In this document: piece by piece, positions 62,296 through 64,000 of the stretch
How positions within the stretch are numbered: position 1 is the stretch's first letter
Layout: each line of letters starts with the position of its first letter
Assembly (NCBI RefSeq): GCF_006345805.1
Contig: NC_043024.1
Coordinates: forward strand, 9,920,001 to 9,984,000
Reading direction: 5' to 3'
DNA from: Octopus sinensis
Taxonomy: Eukaryota
Length of the DNA stretch: 64,000 bases
Made by a program: the position numbers and the translations under genes
The notes under the pieces: model-generated
Told to the model about the DNA's origin: nothing
What the model saw: only the letters and a program-made list of their open reading frames with translations
The model's database searches: none

Positions 62296-63346
62296 TTCAA
62301 ATTTCAAATTGCAAAAGAATTGGTTCTCTGATCACTTATATTCATACACAATCTCCTTGTGGTTCACTAATCAAATTTCAATTCATTAACGGGAAAGTTT
62401 ATGAAAATAAACAAAAGACGAAGGTAGGTGGAGTACAAACAAACAAATGTATTAGTATAGCGCTCAGGAATAGAAAAAGTCCTTTACGTTTCAAGCCTAC
62501 GCTCTTCGACAGAAAGATACACAGAAAAGAAACAAGGAGAGAAAAAAATGCGTGTAGGAGCTAACGATCTATCAATTAATTAAGCAAGTTTAATTTTCTT
62601 GAGAAAACCCATTTGTTATTCAATTTCTCCATTCATATAAGGGTACTGCACTGTATATTGTCTCCCTCTCAAAAGTGACAGTTTTTTTTAACCATTCCTC
62701 TTCTCTCTTTGCAGGGTTTTTTTAACCATTTTTTTAACCATTTTTTAACCATTTTTTTAACCATTTTTAAACCATTTTTTTTAACCATTTTTAAACCATT
62801 TTTTTAACCATTTTTTTAACCATTTTTTAAACCATTTTTTTAAACCATTTTTTAAAACCATTTTTTTAACCATTTTTTAAACAATTTTTTTAAACCATTT
62901 TTTTAACCATTTTTTTAAAACCATTTTTTAAACCATTTTTTTAACCATTCCTCTTCTCTCTTTGCAGGGTTTTTTTAACCATTTTTTTAAAACCATTTTT
63001 TTAACCATTTTTTAAACCATTTTTTAAAACCATTTTTTAAAACCATTTTTTTAACCATTTTTTAAACAATTTTTTTAAACCATTTTTTTAACCATTTTTT
63101 TAAAACCATTTTTTAAACCATTTTTTAAAAACCATTTTTTTAACCATTTTTTTTTTAACCATTCCTCTTCTCTTTTTTCAGGTTTCAGCTGGTTTCTTCA
63201 TAAATTTAGTCTGTGTCTTTACGCTGACATTGGCCGTCCACACATGGGGCGAATTAATATTCCACTTCAGTGAAGTACCCAGTGCCTTTCTAATAAATGC
63301 CAACACAACAGTCAACGCCACCACTGCCCTTAATGGAGGCCACTGA
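41972..63346 (+). CDS. SLC13A5: SLC13 family Na+/dicarboxylate-citrate cotransporter (NaCT/NaDC1/INDY-like), complete spliced gene, about 583 aa
   Basis: 14 phase-consistent exons: 41972-42079, 43807-43956, 48125-48240, 48625-48755, 50011-50116, 52434-52571 (duplicate at 54680-54817), 55282-55410, 55938-56033, 56706-56810, 57839-57930, 58572-58687, 61245-61406, 61535-61672, 63182-63346 (TGA). Motifs: [68 protein letters not shown]. Paralog assignment (A2 vs A5) is uncertain. Confidence 0.95.
43807..43956 (+). CDS. SLC13A5: SLC13 exon 2 ([29 protein letters not shown]...)
   Basis: caacAG acceptor, GTGAGT donor; EALP motif. Confidence 0.95.
44093..45030. mobile_element. Penelope-like remnant: direct repeat plus inverted copy plus hammerhead
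   Basis: 44093-44330 repeated at 44637-44872; 44876-45030 is an inverted copy; HHR motif at 44373-44448. Confidence 0.6.
44373..44448 (-). ncRNA. Type I hammerhead ribozyme motif with long stem II
   Basis: AAUGUA-CUGAAGA-AGUC...GACC-GAA-ACCGAGGU-A/UGCAUU; 6-bp stem I. Confidence 0.7.
45151..45183 (+). ncRNA. Hammerhead-like motif (U4C core) in a sister element
   Basis: UUU-CCGACGA-A-GAG CUCCA CUC-GAA-ACGU-U/AAA. Confidence 0.5.
48125..48240 (+). CDS. SLC13A5: SLC13 exon 3 ([27 protein letters not shown]...)
   Basis: ttccAG acceptor, GT donor; LHKRIAL motif. Confidence 0.95.
48625..48755 (+). CDS. SLC13A5: SLC13 exon 4 ([28 protein letters not shown]...)
   Basis: First SNT motif; cctAG acceptor, GTAAGT donor. 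Confidence 0.95.
48870..49245 (+). mobile_element. RLE-type LINE 3' fragment in SLC13 intron 4
   Basis: [21 protein letters not shown]...[20 protein letters not shown], followed by (AAT)n. Confidence 0.85.
50011..50116 (+). CDS. SLC13A5: SLC13 exon 5 (cytoplasmic loop [34 protein letters not shown])
   Basis: ctgtAG acceptor, GTGAGT donor; phase 1 to phase 2 links exons 4 and 6. Confidence 0.82.
51056..51093 (+). ncRNA. Non-canonical (A6U) minimal hammerhead motif in a short (TA)n-associated element; representative of 8 copies
   Basis: UCUUU-CUGUUGA-A-GAGC GUAG GCUC-GAA-ACGU-U/AAAGA; others at 29211 (+), 29907 (-), 32336 (-), 34354 (-), 36659 (-), 53912 (+), 62481 (-). Confidence 0.6.
52434..52571 (+). 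CDS. SLC13A5: SLC13 exon 6, copy a ([45 protein letters not shown])
   Basis: ttccAG acceptor, GTAAGT donor; GTGPN motif. Confidence 0.85.
54680..54817 (+). CDS. SLC13A5: SLC13 exon 6, copy b (identical to copy a)
   Basis: Same 138 nt and splice sites, within a tandem duplicated block. Confidence 0.8.
55282..55410 (+). CDS. SLC13A5: SLC13 exon 7 ([35 protein letters not shown]...)
   Basis: cacAG acceptor, GTAAGT donor; F..WM.FGLP motif. Confidence 0.93.
55938..56033 (+). CDS. SLC13A5: SLC13 exon 8 (...[16 protein letters not shown])
   Basis: ttccAG acceptor, GTATGT donor; LGP.S motif. Confidence 0.9.
56255..56595. repeat. Minisatellite of about 19-20 bp (GGGATATTTTGTCCAGG)
   Basis: Direct inspection; lies in SLC13 intron 8. 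Confidence 0.85.
56706..56810 (+). CDS. SLC13A5: SLC13 exon 9 ([34 protein letters not shown])
   Basis: ttgcAG acceptor, GTAAAT donor; LW.TRD..GW motif. Confidence 0.93.
57335..57750 (-). mobile_element. Two tandem RTE-clade LINE 3' ends
   Basis: [55 protein letters not shown] occurs twice, with (GATA)n and (TA)n tails. Confidence 0.88.
57839..57930 (+). CDS. SLC13A5: SLC13 exon 10 ([20 protein letters not shown]...)
   Basis: ccacAG acceptor, GTATGT donor. Confidence 0.93.
58572..58687 (+). CDS. SLC13A5: SLC13 exon 11 (...[31 protein letters not shown])
   Basis: ttAG acceptor, GTAAGT donor; PWG..L.GGGFA motif. Confidence 0.95.
59347..60018 (-). mobile_element. tRNA-SINE with its 3' 176-bp segment triplicated in tandem
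   Basis: Head at 59940-60018 (-); identical units start at 59347, 59523 and 59699. Confidence 0.8.
61245..61406 (+). CDS. SLC13A5: SLC13 exon 12 (VSGLS...[21 protein letters not shown])
   Basis: cttcAG acceptor, GTAAGT donor; second SN(T/V) motif. Confidence 0.95.
61535..61672 (+). CDS. SLC13A5: SLC13 exon 13 ([36 protein letters not shown]...VDM)
   Basis: tttcAG acceptor, GTGAGT donor; [11 protein letters not shown] motif. Confidence 0.96.
62690..63165. repeat. (TTTTTTAACCA)n minisatellite upstream of the SLC13 last exon
   Basis: Dozens of 11-15-bp units, with two embedded CCTCTTCTCTCTTTGCAG segments. Confidence 0.9.
63182..63346 (+). CDS. SLC13A5: SLC13 terminal exon 14 ([23 protein letters not shown]...[14 protein letters not shown])
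   Basis: ttttcAG acceptor; TWG motif; C-terminal N-glycosylation sequons; TGA stop. Confidence 0.93.
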   Translation, partial: VSAGFFINLVCVFTLTLAVHTWGELIFHFSEVPSAFLINANTTVNATTALNGGH

Positions 63347-63548
63347 TTGTCAGAAACCCTTTTTTTCATGGACTTTGTATTTTGTGTTGCAGACAAGAAA
63401 AAGGATCAGAGATCAGGGACCATTTTATGTTTGAAGATTCAGAAATAAATTTCTATTTTAATATTCACTTCCTGCATCAGAATATACATACATACATGCA
63501 TACATACATGCATACATACATACACACATACATACATATATACATACA

Positions 63549-63579
<31 letters not shown>

Positions 63580-63610
63580 CATACATAGACACATTCTTCT
63601 CTTTTTTCAG

Positions 63611-63775
63611 GTTTCAGCTGGTTTCTTCATAAATTTAGTCTGTGTCTTTACGCTGACATTGGCCGTCCACACATGGGGCGAATTAATATTCCACTTCAGT
63701 GAAGTACCCAGTGCCTTTCTAATAAATGCCAACACAACAGTCAACGCCACCACTGCCCTTAATGGAGGCCACTGA
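63611..63775 (+). other. Second, identical copy of the SLC13 terminal exon (429-bp tandem duplication)
   Basis: Exon and 3' UTR of 63182-63600 repeated from 63611 to the window end. Confidence 0.85.
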
Positions 63776-64000
63776 TTGTCAGAAACCCTTTTTTTCATGG
63801 ACTTTGTATTTTGTGTTGCAGACAAGAAAAAGGATCAGAGATCAGGGACCATTTTATGTTTGAAGATTCAGAAATAAATTTCTATTTTAATATTCACTTC
63901 CTGCATCAGAATATACATACATACATGCATACATACATGCATACATACATACACACATACATACATATATACATACATTACATACATACATACATACATA

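Overview
Eukaryotic, AT- and microsatellite-rich animal DNA. The SINE, MITE and microsatellite repertoire suggests an octopod cephalopod (inference). Nearly all ORFs in the supplied track are microsatellite or repeat artefacts. Two real spliced genes lie on the + strand. (1) An ARHGAP1/ARHGAP8-like RhoGAP gene: seven exons at 19354-30285 encode the BCH/CRAL-TRIO domain and the linker up to NQQFGVSL. Its 5' start was not found, and the RhoGAP-domain exons are not seen after the 100-N gap at 31037-31136. (2) A complete 14-exon SLC13 Na+/di-tricarboxylate cotransporter (INDY/NaCT/NaDC-like, about 583 aa, 41972-63346), in which exon 6 and the last exon each appear twice in tandem. The rest is tRNA-derived SINEs, 3' fragments of RLE (R4/Dong-like), CR1 and RTE LINEs, TTAA-bounded piggyBac-type MITEs, minisatellites and one small gap. 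The most notable signal is at least 14 hammerhead-ribozyme-like motifs of the minimal type I, Penelope-associated kind, several next to fold-back palindromes. Eight of them belong to a short (TA)n-associated element family with a non-canonical core, CUG-U-N-GA instead of CUGANGA.
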